Position numbers and translations under genes: made by a program. Shown piece by piece: positions 48,001 through 59,204 of a stretch of 64,000 bases of DNA. The stretch's first letter is position 1. Every line of letters begins with the position of its first letter. This stretch comes from Octopus sinensis (Eukaryota), in NCBI RefSeq assembly GCF_006345805.1, contig NC_042999.1, positions 139,500,001 to 139,564,000 of the forward strand. Direction: 5' to 3'. The notes below the pieces were generated by a model. The model searched no databases. It was given only the letters and a program-made list of their open reading frames with translations, and had not been told where the DNA came from.

Positions 48001-51000
48001 ACTGAGAGATTATCTTCATATGAAGTTATGTTTTGAGGAAGTGTGGGAAGGTTGTATTGATATTGAGAAGTGAGACCTTGTGATACACTTTTCAAGATAT
48101 TGCAAAAATGTTGTTGTATAGTACAGTACATAGGCTTGTCAATTCAAGAGTTTTTTAGTAAGCTAGCAATGAGTGTTGTTTCTAAAGTTCTTGAGTATTT
48201 TGAGTATAACTGGGCAACAAGAGTGGAGTCAAAAGCTTTGCATTCAGGGAAGAATATCATGTATTTTTGTTTTAAGGTTAATGAATAGTGTAGTAGTTGG
48301 GTGTGGTAGTAGTCTGAATCTATAGTATGATTTGGAAAACAGAGTGTAGGGGTGATACGTATCAAGGTTGAAAGTGTACATAGGAGAATGACAGTCCTAC
48401 GTTACTTTACATGGGTTTTAAAACTGCTATTATTCTGTCCAGTTTCCAGATTTTGAGAATTTGGCAGTACTGATACAAGTAGCTGATGACAGTGGTTTTG
48501 TCAGGCTTTAGAGCTTTCAAGGTTTTTTATTTATTTATTGCATTTTTGGTGTTTCACAGGAGAAAAGGATAATCTAAGTGGAAGATACATATTTTGTGTT
48601 TTGTACTTAGAAATTACTGTCTTTGTGTGGTTTTTAGTGATTTGTTTACAAGAAATGTCTGCTAAGAGCATTTGCTTGGTGTTGGAATGTAAATAAATTG
48701 AAGTTATTGAGGATATGGGTTTGGTGTTGCTAATACTGGTCATTATTCAGCATAAGGTTTTACAGTTTTGTTGTGTCTTAGGAGAGTCATTGGAGTAGTG
48801 ATTCTCCCAAGACACAAAATTTGTTTCAACACACAAATTCACATAAATCTAGCAAATCAAAAACAAAAACAAAGTGTTGTGATTAATGTTGAATAAAAAT
48901 GTTTGTTAGTGTCCTCTTTTTCAATGGTTAATTTTCTTGGCTAACTTTTAGTTTAGCTTCTAAGTGTGATATTCATTGTTTTAAAGACTTATCTCAAGTT
49001 TTGTTTTCTTCAGGTTACAATTTCAATAGTGTAAATGAGATATTTTTTTTATGTTATCTTGTTTTTCAGAAGTGTCTATAATAATTTTGTTGAATGTATG
49101 TACTGCTATGTCGATGTTGTTGCTGCTGTTTAACCAAGGTAAATTAAATCAAATTGATCCTATGATCAAAAGCATTTTAGGAATGACATTGTTGACTTGG
49201 AGATATTAGTGAATATGTACATACACTTCATCTTTACCATTAGCAACGCAATTAGTCAACAGAGAAGTGTGTCCAGTTGCATAACATTTACTCATCCTGC
49301 TGCTATTACTCGTGATTGCTATCCTTATTATTGATAGTGTCGATATTGATTCTTACTTGCTGTTGTTATTCAAGCTCTCCCTACACTTCACTACCAGTTT
49401 TTGTTAATGTTTGTAGCAGGTTTTGTTAATTTATTATCAGGTGAAACAATATTTTCTATGAACTAAACTTTTAATACTTTCAACAAAGCAGATGACAAGA
49501 CAGGATACTGTCCTTGCTAACAGTCTACTTTTCAAGTCTATTCAGGCAACCTACAATGAAAGATGTATTTATCTCCTCTTTTACAGCTGAAACGATATTT
49601 ACATATTCTACACTCAACATTATTTTCAACATAATGTAGGAGGAGCATATCTAGTTGTTGGCCAGACATACAAATAATATTTACTCCCAAAGTCAAATAC
49701 AGTTATGATTTATTTACCAACAAAGACATCAAAAAGAATATTACAAGGTTAAAAGCAAAACATGGAAAGCTTATACAATATTCTTATAAAATGACTTCAA
49801 AAACAATGGATAGACCAAACAGTAAACAGATAAATGCCTGGAGAAGATAGCTACACAGGTCAAATCAGTATATTTCAAAAAACTCGACCAGCAAAGACAG
49901 TTTGCAACTATTTGCAGTCCTCTCTCTCTCTCTAGAGCAGGGGTCTCCAACTCATGGCTCACCTAGCGATTTTCTACAGCCCGTTATCTCAAGGGAGAAA
50001 ATAAAATAAATATATATATATATATATATACAGGCCTGTAGCCAGTTGAGTGGGAGTGTACATTCCTTGGCCCCCGAATTATTTCAGAATGTATAAAGAA
50101 ATAATTTTAAAATATTCTTTAAAAAGTGCCCATTTCTGGCAATTTATAGGCAAGTACCCACCGAGAGCTTCCTTTTTTGCTCTCAGGAAAACTGTTTTTT
50201 AGGTACACCTCCTCCTCATCTTGCCCACCCATCCCCACTTTCTTGAATTTTTTCGGGCTATAGGCTTGTATATGTGTATATATATTGGGACGTAAAAAGT
50301 ACCCCCTACACTCTCAGAGAGATTGGTATTAGGAATCAGCTGTAGAAACCTTGCTAGATCGGATTGGATCTTGGTGCAGCCTTCTGGCTTGCCAGTCCAC
50401 AGTCAAACCATCCAACCCATGCCAGCATGGAAAGCAGACGTTAAACGATGATGATGATGATATATAGTATAATATAATATGATTCATACTAATTGTCGTT
50501 TAACAAATTTCTAATCCGGACTCCTTTTTCATTTCTTTTCAGTTAGAATTGGAGGCACACCAACTTAAGCATGATAATAAAACAAAAAGACATTGAGTAA
50601 AATCACTCTCCATCAAAATGGTTTCTGAAAAAAACGGAAAATATCAGATGAAAATAGGATATTTGAAGAACGTTGGGAAGATAGATACTTTGTGAGCCAG
50701 AGTCAAGCACGTGCAAGTGGGAAATGTCAGATTCAGTGTCTTATTTGCCTGCATACAGTGGCACTAGAATTCACAGCCTAAAGACTTTGATAAGTTTGAA
50801 GGCAAATTAAGACATGATAAACTTTGTCAGTTGAAATCATCTCTATCACAACAGGGACATGCTTTCAACTAAGTGCACAAATCGTCAGAAGATGTAAAAG
50901 CCAGCTATGTAGTCAGTCAAATGATTGAAAAGATATCACACTCATTTACTGAAGGTAAATTCGTGAAAGACTGGTGAATATTGCCCAAATTCTGTCAAGA

Positions 51001-54000
51001 AAAAGTGGAGATCTTTTCTGAAATATGAGCTGTACAGGGATACCATTAGCAAGGTAAGGGTCGGCAATGAGTATAGTGAAGAATCCTGAGTAGAAATAGG
51101 GGATCAGCCCTCAGCCCCCTTTTATTCATCATAGTCCACCAGACAATAACAGAGGAATTCAAGACAGGCTGCTCCCGGGAGCTCCTCTATGCTGATGACC
51201 TTGCTCTCATAGTGGAATCACTACTAGAACTAAAGAAATTTCAAGTGTTGAGGCAAGGTTTAGAATCAAAGGGCCTTAGAGTCAATGTTGCAAAAACCAA
51301 AGTCCTAGTAAGTAGGAAGGCAAACACATCGCAAACACCTCCAGGTAGGTGGCCTGCTCGATCTGTAGAAAAGGTGTAGGCAGAACTCCATATGATGTAC
51401 ACTCTTGGATGCATAAGAGGTACAGTAGCATCAAAGAATGGTTAACCGGGAAGATAGCTTTTGTGTGTGGCAGATGCACAGAGGCAATAAACACCACGGA
51501 TGCTCAGAAAACTGATTCAATCACATGTTAGGGGGAGAAACTAGAAATAGTTGATAGTTTCCACTACCTAAGTGACCAAGTCTGTAATGGGGGTGGATGC
51601 TTGGAGAGCATTGTCACTAGAATAAGAATAGCCTGGGCAAAGTTCAGAAAGCTCCTACCTCTACTGGTGACAAAGGGCCTCTCGCTCAGAGTGAGAGGTA
51701 GATTGTATGATGCATGTGTGCGAACTGCCATGCTACACAGCAGTGAAACATGGGCCATGACTGCTGAAGACATGCATAGACTTGAAAGAAATGAAGCTAG
51801 TATGATCCGCTGGATGTGTAATGTCAGTGTCCACACACTACAGAGTGTAAGCGCCCTGACAGAAATGTTGGACATAAGAAGCATCGGATGTGGTGTGCAA
51901 GAGAGATGACTGCACTGGTATGGTCATGTGCTGCATATGACTGAGGAGAGCTGTGTGAAGAAGTGTCACTCCCTAGCAATGGAAGGAACCCATGGTAGAG
52001 GGTGACCCAGGAAGACATGGGATGAAGTAGTGAAGCAAGACTGTCGAATGTTGGGCCTCACAGAGGCAATGACAAAAGACCGAGACCTCTGAAGATATAC
52101 TGTGATTGAGAGTATTGGTATGTGATATTGTGCAATATTCATTCATGGCATATATATATATGCACCTGTGCCGGTGGCACGTGGAAAGCACCCACTACAC
52201 TCACGGAGAGGTTGGCGTTAGGAAGGGCATCCAGCCGTAGAAACATTGCCAGATCAGACTGGGCCTGGTGCAGCCTTCTGGCTTCCCAGACCCCAGTTGA
52301 ACCGTCCAACCCATGCTAGCATAGAAAGCAGACGCTAAACGATGATGATGATGATATATATACTCTCAGGCCTTCAAGCAGGCTAGCCACATGCTAGAAA
52401 TAAGAGCCAAATCTCACAAAACTGCGATAACATAATGTAATCAACCTATTCACCTTTCTGCAAGGATTTTCAGAGTAATTTCCTGCAGTAATATGACGAA
52501 GTCAGTCATGTGAAATGAAAGTAGCTTTAAAAAAAAAAAATTTTTTTACTTTCTTTTTTAAACTTTAATTTTTTTTTTTTTTTTGCGAAATACGTAGAAA
52601 AATATGAAGATTACGATTCTGAAAAATATTTGTAAAATTTCAAGTTTTCAACAAGAAAAAAAAAGAATATATAGCCTCAGGCCTTCAAGCAGGCTATCCA
52701 CATGCTAGAAATAACAGCCAAATCTCACAATACTGCGATAAAATAATGACATTTTGAAAATGTGATTTTTGAAATATCTTTTTTTCGGAATCGGATCCTC
52801 TATAACCAAAAACGTGGGATTCCGTAAAAAAAAAAATCAATATATATATATCCATTTTAACCGAATTTATGACGGAAAAATTGGATCTTGTGAATTTTCC
52901 GAAAATTTTGAAAACGTATTTCTAGCATGTCAGGTTTTCTGATTAGATACTTTTTGCGTCTACTATTTTATAATTCTATGCATGCGTGAAAGATTAGTAG
53001 AGATTAACACTTGAATTTCACTTCTTGTCATAGAGCGGATTTTTTTTTCTTTTTGAAAAATTGAATTTTACACATTTTTTTTTCCAGAATCATAATCTCC
53101 GTATTTTTCTGCTTATTTCGCCCAAAAAAGTTTTTTTAAGAGAAAATTTAAGAAATTAGGGGAGGGGTGGAATTAAAATTTTGAAATGCTAGGTTTTTTT
53201 TTTTTGTAGATTCGGAATCTATGCACTCGATATAGTGGGTTCCTGTCAAAAAAAAATCCATTGTCTTTACCTCCGCCGGAAAGAAGTATGCAACACACAT
53301 TAGACAGACAGATAGATATATCTTATTGCTTAGTCAGAAGACAGGGCAATGCTCAAGCATCTGAGTCTAGTTGATGGGAGGGAAGACAGAATGTATAATA
53401 ATAATTCTTTCTGCTAAAAGTACAAGGCCTGAAATTTCTGAAGGAAAAATGCTAGTCGATTACATCGACCCCGTGCTTGACAGGTACATATCTTATCGAC
53501 CCCGAAAGGGTGAGCGGCAAAGCCAACCTCGACGGAATAAGCTTATTTGTATAGTGCTCAGAGGCACTGCAAATGTAAGGCCAAGTCTTACATTTGCGCA
53601 ACAGAGTAGAATATCTTTATTATGATCATGGTGATCTTACATAAAATGAGACAATACAGGACAAACAAAAGACAAAGATGTTACATGAGTTCGCATTGTG
53701 TAAATATTAAAAATTAACTTAAATAATATGTATTTTATATATCGTTTGAAAAAATTAGAACTTTGATTTAAACTGAAACTAAGTCATAGAAACACACGAA
53801 CAAAACGTTATGGGTCGCACCCGGCAGCCTGTAAGGCCCAGCAACGAACTTTTCCTTTCCTCAATGATTAAGCTGGGTTACTAACACCCACCTTTCTCAT
53901 CACATCCTTCCATCGTTTCTCGAATCTCGGTGGCAGGGTCCTCCTCTCCAGCCCCATCTTTATATTGACCGAAAATAGTTAGTTGGTGTGCGTATTGTTT

Positions 54001-55379
54001 ACCTTCGCCAACTGTTCAACCAGTCCGCCACCCTAAATAAGCTGTACAGTATTCCAGGGTACATGTCTCCATTAGACGAGTTTAAGATGTACCTTGTGAG
54101 GTCCATGTAAGCCTGGTTACTATGTAAATGTGTATGTTAATTAGTCAAAAGATTTCCATCGGTCTCACAATTCTATCTACTAGACCTAAATCCTTGGATC
54201 GACCCGAGTTGTGGAACACCTGCTCCAAATGAACATGCAGATCGAAGTGGAATGAAGCTCGTTTTGAAAGTTGTTATAAGACCAATTTCATAAACTATTC
54301 GATCATAAATGCAACCAAGAAATCCTACACATTAATAAACACGAAAATGAAATTTTTTCAAAAGCAAATGCAGAACGAATGAAACCGCATTTGTGTGTTC
54401 CAGATGTTCTTTCTTACACTACACCGAGCCGCATATGTTTGCTCAGAAACAAATACTTGCTTCACTAAGTTCCCGCTGTACTAAGAAGCTTATCGTTCGT
54501 GTATCCGTATATGATTTATAATTCGTCCAACGTCAGTCAAGAAGCGATATAACGAAAGAGAATAACAGGAACATGAAGTCGAATATTATTAATGAGGAAA
54601 CAGGATAGAGTGACGTTGCAACTAATTAACAGAGCATAAGTGACAAAACTTATATGAAGACAATAAATGAATAACAATGTAGACAATAATAACCATTTCT
54701 TATGTAAACAAAGCGATTCTTTTTTAAAATTCAGCAGAATCAATATTAATATATTATTAGGGTTACATTTTATTTCGAAGTTGTCCGAAGACTAAAAAGT
54801 AGTCAAATTTAGCGCGATTTGAATAAGTACATAAAATTATGAAACTAAATATTCCAAGGATTAGTTTAGCACTCTACTTCAATCACAACAAAACCAACAT
54901 ATACTCACATCTTCAATTTCTTCTTTCGACAATTTACATCGTCGAATTTTGGAGCGCGAAAATCCCACCAACGGTTTGTGATTGTGTTGTAAGTTGGATC
55001 TGGTTATCCTTAGTAATCCTTTAGCACTGGATAGCGAGAGGAAAGACTTACATCCGACCGGCTTGCAATGCATCTTAAGTCGCTTTGTGTTTGAATTACC
55101 TTTCGGTTCTCCATGTTGAGTACACACAAACGTCACGGAGACGTATCGGAGTGCCCGAGATCGAGTTTTGTCTCGGTACTTGTTATGGTCATTAGCATTA
55201 CACGATGATTTAATACGGTATATGTATCCAGTTCTGTTCATGAACTGGTGCAATAGCTCCGAGAAGGAGTCAAAGGAGTCAAAAGCGGTCTGAATGAAAA
55301 CATCTCCGAATATTTTTGACACATCAATCAACATTTCGCATATAAGTTTGGAGTTTACTTTCTCCTCATGCGCGCGCAT
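38049..55379 (-). CDS. BTB/POZ gene B: putative FAR1/ZSWIM3_N-like N-terminus + duplicated half-BTB cassette + BTB + S/T-rich tail (up to about 811 aa)
   Basis: Exons 54909-55379, 46726-46907, 46344-46632, 44255-44466, 42412-42724 and 38049-39017 are all in frame with GT-AG sites. The tail is homologous to gene A (PFSDTT.S.AT...DLSPVS). Linking the 55-kb exon to the rest is inferred from phase and context. Confidence 0.68.
39241..39349. other. Near-perfect hairpin, 39-bp stem, 31-nt loop
   Basis: Arms 39241-39279 and 39311-39349 give 37/39 Watson-Crick pairs. Confidence 0.9.
39703..40165 (+). repeat. RTE 3'-tail copy with about 59-bp tandem units
   Basis: About 4-5 units containing GGTGGCACGTAAAAGCACC followed by the common LINE tail and (GAT)n. 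Other tail-only copies at about 19540-19710, 22240-22400, 27140-27350, 42860-43050, 44730-44960 and 50285-50460. Confidence 0.8.
40241..41790 (-). mobile_element. RTE-like LINE 3' portion with internally duplicated 3' UTR
   Basis: Same family as 51030-52350 on the opposite strand (MLRWMSNVSVHTRQS..RRLRWYGHVARM); about 170-bp units repeated at 40500-40920; (ATC)n tail at 40241. Confidence 0.85.
42412..42724 (-). CDS. Gene B cassette 2 exon with intact N-terminal BTB half
   Basis: atttcag / GTAAGT; ends IFILADHQKNVMSSLALLWKSGKLCDAGIGNGTSTVM. Confidence 0.88.
44255..44466 (-). CDS. Gene B linker exon, cassette 2
   Basis: attgcag / GTGAAT; ARSLNQNKAKK...QGNTSVG(R); phase 0 to 2; resembles the cassette 1 linker (LNQ...RKxP). 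Confidence 0.72.
44970..46028 (-). mobile_element. Decayed mariner-like (maT/DD37D-type) element
   Basis: Degenerate TIRs (CAGAGTGTATCAGATATTTGAGAAC / GTTCTCAAATAGCCAATACACCATG); remnants LNKLKHSEEPDMLWFFLDE and HAHNTKDLL...MANMNKDHLI. Confidence 0.7.
46344..46632 (-). CDS. Gene B cassette 1 exon with degenerate N-terminal BTB half
   Basis: atttcag / GTATGT; ends KEFILGVHKMSNQVSVWKNGKSCNSGTGNSSHAVM. Confidence 0.72.
46726..46907 (-). CDS. Gene B linker exon, cassette 1
   Basis: gttgcag / GTAACT; IAALNQHNSKYRVTRKRKQP...NDFND(G); phase 0 to 2. Confidence 0.72.
49938..51025 (+). mobile_element. hAT (Charlie/SPIN-like) transposon 5' fragment, interrupted
   Basis: CTCTAGAG (NTCTAGAN target) then CAGGGGTCTCCAAC end; decayed transposase start MVSEKKRKISDENRIFEERWEDRYF...CLIC...KASYVVS...SFTEGKFVK at about 50617-51020. 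Confidence 0.75.
50031..50268. mobile_element. 238-bp MITE inserted in (TA)n
   Basis: Imperfect TIRs CAGGCCTGTAGCC / GGCTATAGGCTTG, TA on both sides. Confidence 0.55.
51030..52350 (+). mobile_element. RTE-like LINE 3' portion (decayed)
   Basis: LLYADDL; CSICRKGVG...HKR...CGRC; YLSDQV; LLHSSETWA; WYGHV; GRPRKTW; 3' UTR tail ending in (GAT)n. Confidence 0.85.
53790..54130 (-). mobile_element. Possible Tx1/L1-clade ORF2 3' fragment
   Basis: IKMGLERRTLPPRFEKRWKDV resembles the Tx1-like C-terminus; short and decayed. Confidence 0.4.
54909..55379 (-). CDS. FAR1/ZSWIM3_N-like (WRKY-GCM1/MULE-type) DNA-binding domain exon
   Basis: Open 157 codons: FDSFDSFSELL...YVSVTFVCTQHG...KPVGCKSFLSL...LRITRSNLQHNH (C..C..HxH pattern), then donor GAT|GTGAGT in phase 0. 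Confidence 0.65.
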
Positions 55380-55922
55380 CAAAGCATATGCGTTCGATAT
55401 TTCGATGGTTTCGTTGGAAATCGTTGAGCACGTGGGTTATCACATGGTATCCCACACAAATAAATAGTGATCTTTCAAGTGAACATTACTTTCAATACAC
55501 TGCATTTCCAATAATTCAATTACAACTGTGCTCTTTCATATTTACATTAAACACAAGGCACTGTACAGATCATGTCCCATTTATTTAGTTTCATTATCGA
55601 ATATTTTCTTCTTTTAAAAATAAAGATGTTTGCTTTTTATCGGAAGATGCTGGCTACTTTAACAAAAGTAATAACTTAAAGCAAAATCATGCACTAATCA
55701 ATGAAAAAGACTCTTCGTGGTTATTTGACCTATTAGAAATGCTACCGTGAAAAAAGGAATATAACTCTGTATAATGTAGTTCTAAGTAATAAACTTTTAT
55801 TGCCTTCATAGTGTTTACCGTTTTACAAAATTAAATTAGAAAATTGGACAAAACAGAGAACACAACCGAAAAAAAATTTTGAGAAAAAAGAGAGAAAGGA
55901 AATAGAAAAGAACCTAAACAAT

Positions 55923-57990
55923 TCAGCACCTTGAATTGAAAAGTTGGGGGCGCTGGGAAACCTCTTTAATGGCTATTGCAGCGTTGCCATAGGTGATTGC
56001 GAGGCTGATGCGCTGGAACAGCCAAGGACCCTCACAAGCCTCACCAGTTACTTCTGCAAGGCAAGTTGCCAGTGAAAACAGAAATCTCGCAGTTAGTGGT
56101 CCGACACCAACAAAAGTCTCGAATGCCACAGGATGGAAAATGTAGTTGGCCGACAGATCGCTGTATTTCAGGATTTTGTTCCGCTCAGCCACAGAAGCTG
56201 TGGATCTCACCCTGACCACAGCACCCAGGATGTGAGAAGCAAAGGAGTTGTTAACTGTAACATCCCCGACAAGGGCACAGGGTGAGGCCATCAGGTCTAT
56301 TTCCATCACATCTGGACAATCCAGATGGTTCCAAGATTAAGGGGATGTTTGCCCAGGCCAAGCTCTGCTTGAGTATCAGGTTTAACTCCGTATGACACAC
56401 AAAGCAACCAGCATTCAGGCAGCAAGAAAGGCCATGAAGGCCTGCAGAATTGAGAAGCCTGCCACAATGACAGATTAAACCCGTGCATACGTCAGCTCCC
56501 ACTCTGAGGGCAATTGAGACACAAGGTACGTCCAAGCTGAGCAGGCCACCAATATTAGCCACATGGATGGCATCAATCCAGACACCTCTGACAGTCCTTC
56601 TCCAGAGCAGACAAGCCCAATTCCCTCCAGTGTTGGAGAACTTCATCCAGTTCCCTGTTGAAACTGGTCCATGTTGGAGAGGACAAGATATTGCTCACCA
56701 GGGTGGAGGAAAGGAAGCAGGGGAGAGAGAGGGACAAACACTTATGAAGACCAAGACCTCCAAATGCAGCCTGATCGCATGACGTTGGAGAAAGTTTGAC
56801 ATTGATTAAGCATTCGAGTCTCTCAAAGATTAGGTTGTCGAAGCATTGGAGGCACAATGGGAATCGGTAAGATGAACTGACTCTGAATAAATATAGAAAG
56901 CTTAGGGATTGAGAAGTAATTCCTAAGTATGAAAAAATATTGATGGGATTCGATAGCTTCAATATTTTTCAGCAATTGCTCAAGGGCAGCCACCTTCAGC
57001 TGGAAGATTGACTCAAAGGCAAGGTCAGTGATTGGAATTCCTAGGAAGCACCAAGCCGATGGGGCAGGGCCTGCAATGGAAGGGAAGGACTCTGCAAAAA
57101 GGTCAATAGTTGATTGATGGTGAGAAGCCAGGTGGATGAGGATCCAGAACTAACATTTGGAGCTGTTTACTTGGAGACCCCGGTGACCAAGCTCCCTAAC
57201 TATCATATCTGCAATGGTGAGAACACTGTCCAGAGGTCCCCACAAACAAGTATCGTCGAGATAGCAGACGTTGAGGTCTAGCTCAACCCCCATCTTGGTA
57301 ATGTCATCAATGCCCAGAGGTAACAGAGCGGGCCCAAGTGGGACTCCTGAAGCGGAGGTGATGATTTGGTCACTGAGAGATAGGAGGGCTCCCGATAAAT
57401 CTGCCATGCAAGGCAGTAGAGTTGTGGGACCTTCACTTTTACTGAGCTGAGGACAGCATCGCAGTGGATGGAGATGACCTTGGGTAACAAGAACAAGTTG
57501 GCATAGGCTCTGGTAGTGTAGGCAGCAGCTTCACATCCCAATTTGGTGCCCAATCCTAGCTGGGTGGGGTAAAATTCTTCCTCCAATAAGCTAGAGATTG
57601 ATTGTAAGCACACCTTTGCATTGAGACAGCGAAGGCTGCAGCTGACTACAATGGGGCGCAGGTCTCCATTGGGTTTAGTGAGCACGAATAATTTTGCACC
57701 AATGAATAGTGGGCAGATATAAAGGAAGACGTTCACTGAAGAGAACTGATTCACAAACTGAGTCAAATTTTCCAAGAGCTCAAGTCTGGCATCACCGGCC
57801 AATAAGAAGATACCATCCTTGAGGTGTTAAGGTCGAAGGCCATCAATTCGCGCACCTGAACCAGTAGGGAAGGATGAAATCGCCTTTCTGATGTTATCAG
57901 ACATGAAGACCAGTCTCGAGTATTCTGGAGGGTTGGGCCAGTTTAGGTGATTATCAGTGGGTGCTGGTGTGTGCTTCTTTCACACGTCTA
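55923..57990 (-). mobile_element. CRE-clade non-LTR retrotransposon, decayed
   Basis: RT remnants (KPNGDLRPIVV, QLGLG...GCE, PLGP, YLDD), C-x-C...H...C zinc knuckle, REL motifs RPDGLT...DVT and FHPVAFETF...FQRISLAI..GNA; frameshifted. Confidence 0.8.
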
Positions 57991-58154
57991 AGAGACTGAA
58001 AAATTTTTTAACAAATACTCACAAGACAGAAAACTCTTCTGTATTTTTCATTGGAAAATAAAACAAGGCATGTATTTCAAAAATTATTTATTACAAAACT
58101 AAAGCTCAATTTATCAGTGTGTATGTGTGTGTAAACTGAAAACTATTTCTGATA

Positions 58155-59204
58155 TCAAGTAAAACCATCTGTTTTATATAAACCTGTATTTTTGACATTG
58201 GTAACTTGTGTTGATGATAATGGTAATCTGTCCCCTTCTGCTGTAAAAAGTCCTACAGGATAGACATCATCATTGCTACCATAATTCACACTGTTGTCAA
58301 TTGACTGAGTTGCTACAGTGCGAGTTAACGGTTTAGAAGAGTCTTCTCTTATGAGTCTAGATTCAGAACACAGTTTTTCTTCACTATATGACACAGGAGA
58401 TAAGTCAGAAACTGGAGAACTTTCAAATACATTAGATTTTAATTTGGGTGATGTTCCATATATCTTATTTGCTGTTGCTTTGCTATTTGTGGTATCTGAA
58501 AACGGTAAGCTAAAATCTGTAGTGGATACAGCTATAGAATTCAAAGGAGTGTTTAGTGCCTGAGAATTATCTGAAACTGAACCAGATGTGTAAGCTCTTT
58601 TATTCATTTGACCATATTCGTCATCATCAGGTCCTACAGGCTCGATTTTTACAGTGGGAAGAATAAGAGAACCAACTGGAGGGTTGCCACCGTTAGTGTC
58701 CAGGGATGAAGCCTGAGACTCTTGCTTAAAGGTTCTAAGTGTATCTTCTTTAAGTTCTGCTAATTCATTTTGAGAAATCTCCTGCTTAATATCCTCTGTA
58801 TGGACAGCTGAAACAAATTTGGTTGATATTGGAGTAGGAAATGAAGAAGATGTCTGAATCATTGCATCTGTTTTGCTTATTGTATTGGACACAAAAGATG
58901 GCATCTGCCTGGTATCATCAAACGCAGTGACTGTTGAAGCAAGTTGCTGACGTGCTCCACTTTGAAGATGAGCATCACACAGATTTTGTAAATCTTTCAT
59001 GTCTAATCGTTTTGCAATGACTTTTAGCTGTTGTAAAATATTAAGATCAAGATCTAATAGTCCAGTATATATGTATTCAACAAAAGCCATTAAAGTTTCT
59101 GTGCTTACTTCAGGAAATTTTACTTCAAAAACCTCAGAAGAGATGTGTGTACTAAATATTGAGAACAGTTTTGGAGACACAGCAGACAAGACTATTTTAT
59201 GGAC
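58155..59204 (-). CDS. Gene A last coding exon: C-terminal half of BTB + tail
   Basis: atttcag acceptor; VHKIVLSAVSPK...; SUMO-consensus-like IKQE and VKIE; ends ...KTDGFT*. Confidence 0.9.
   Translation of the reverse strand, partial: VHKIVLSAVSPKLFSIFSTHISSEVFEVKFPEVSTETLMAFVEYIYTGLLDLDLNILQQLKVIAKRLDMKDLQNLCDAHLQSGARQQLASTVTAFDDTRQMPSFVSNTISKTDAMIQTSSSFPTPISTKFVSAVHTEDIKQEISQNELAELKEDTLRTFKQESQASSLDTNGGNPPVGSLILPTVKIEPVGPDDDEYGQMNKRAYTSGSVSDNSQALNTPLNSIAVSTTDFSLPFSDTTNSKATANKIYGTSPKLKSNVFESSPVSDLSPVSYSEEKLCSESRLIREDSSKPLTRTVATQSIDNSVNYGSNDDVYPVGLFTAEGDRLPLSSTQVTNVKNTGLYKTDGFT

Noticed and set aside
47830-48460. Several short ORFs on both strands
   Set aside because: No motif or splice support; probable old repeat.
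49360-49480. Donor-like CAA|GTAAGA on the minus strand
   Set aside because: All three frames upstream contain stops and no good acceptor was found.
52360-52750. About 75-bp direct repeats as a possible LTR pair or TSD
   Set aside because: No TG..CA ends or PBS; the repeated piece is part of a common SINE-like motif (CTGCTAGAAATAGCAGCCAAA) seen elsewhere in the window.
54418-54540. Candidate extra or alternative first exon of gene B (donor TAGT|GTAAGA)
   Set aside because: Only a donor-like site, with no ORF or clear acceptor; cannot be supported without transcripts.
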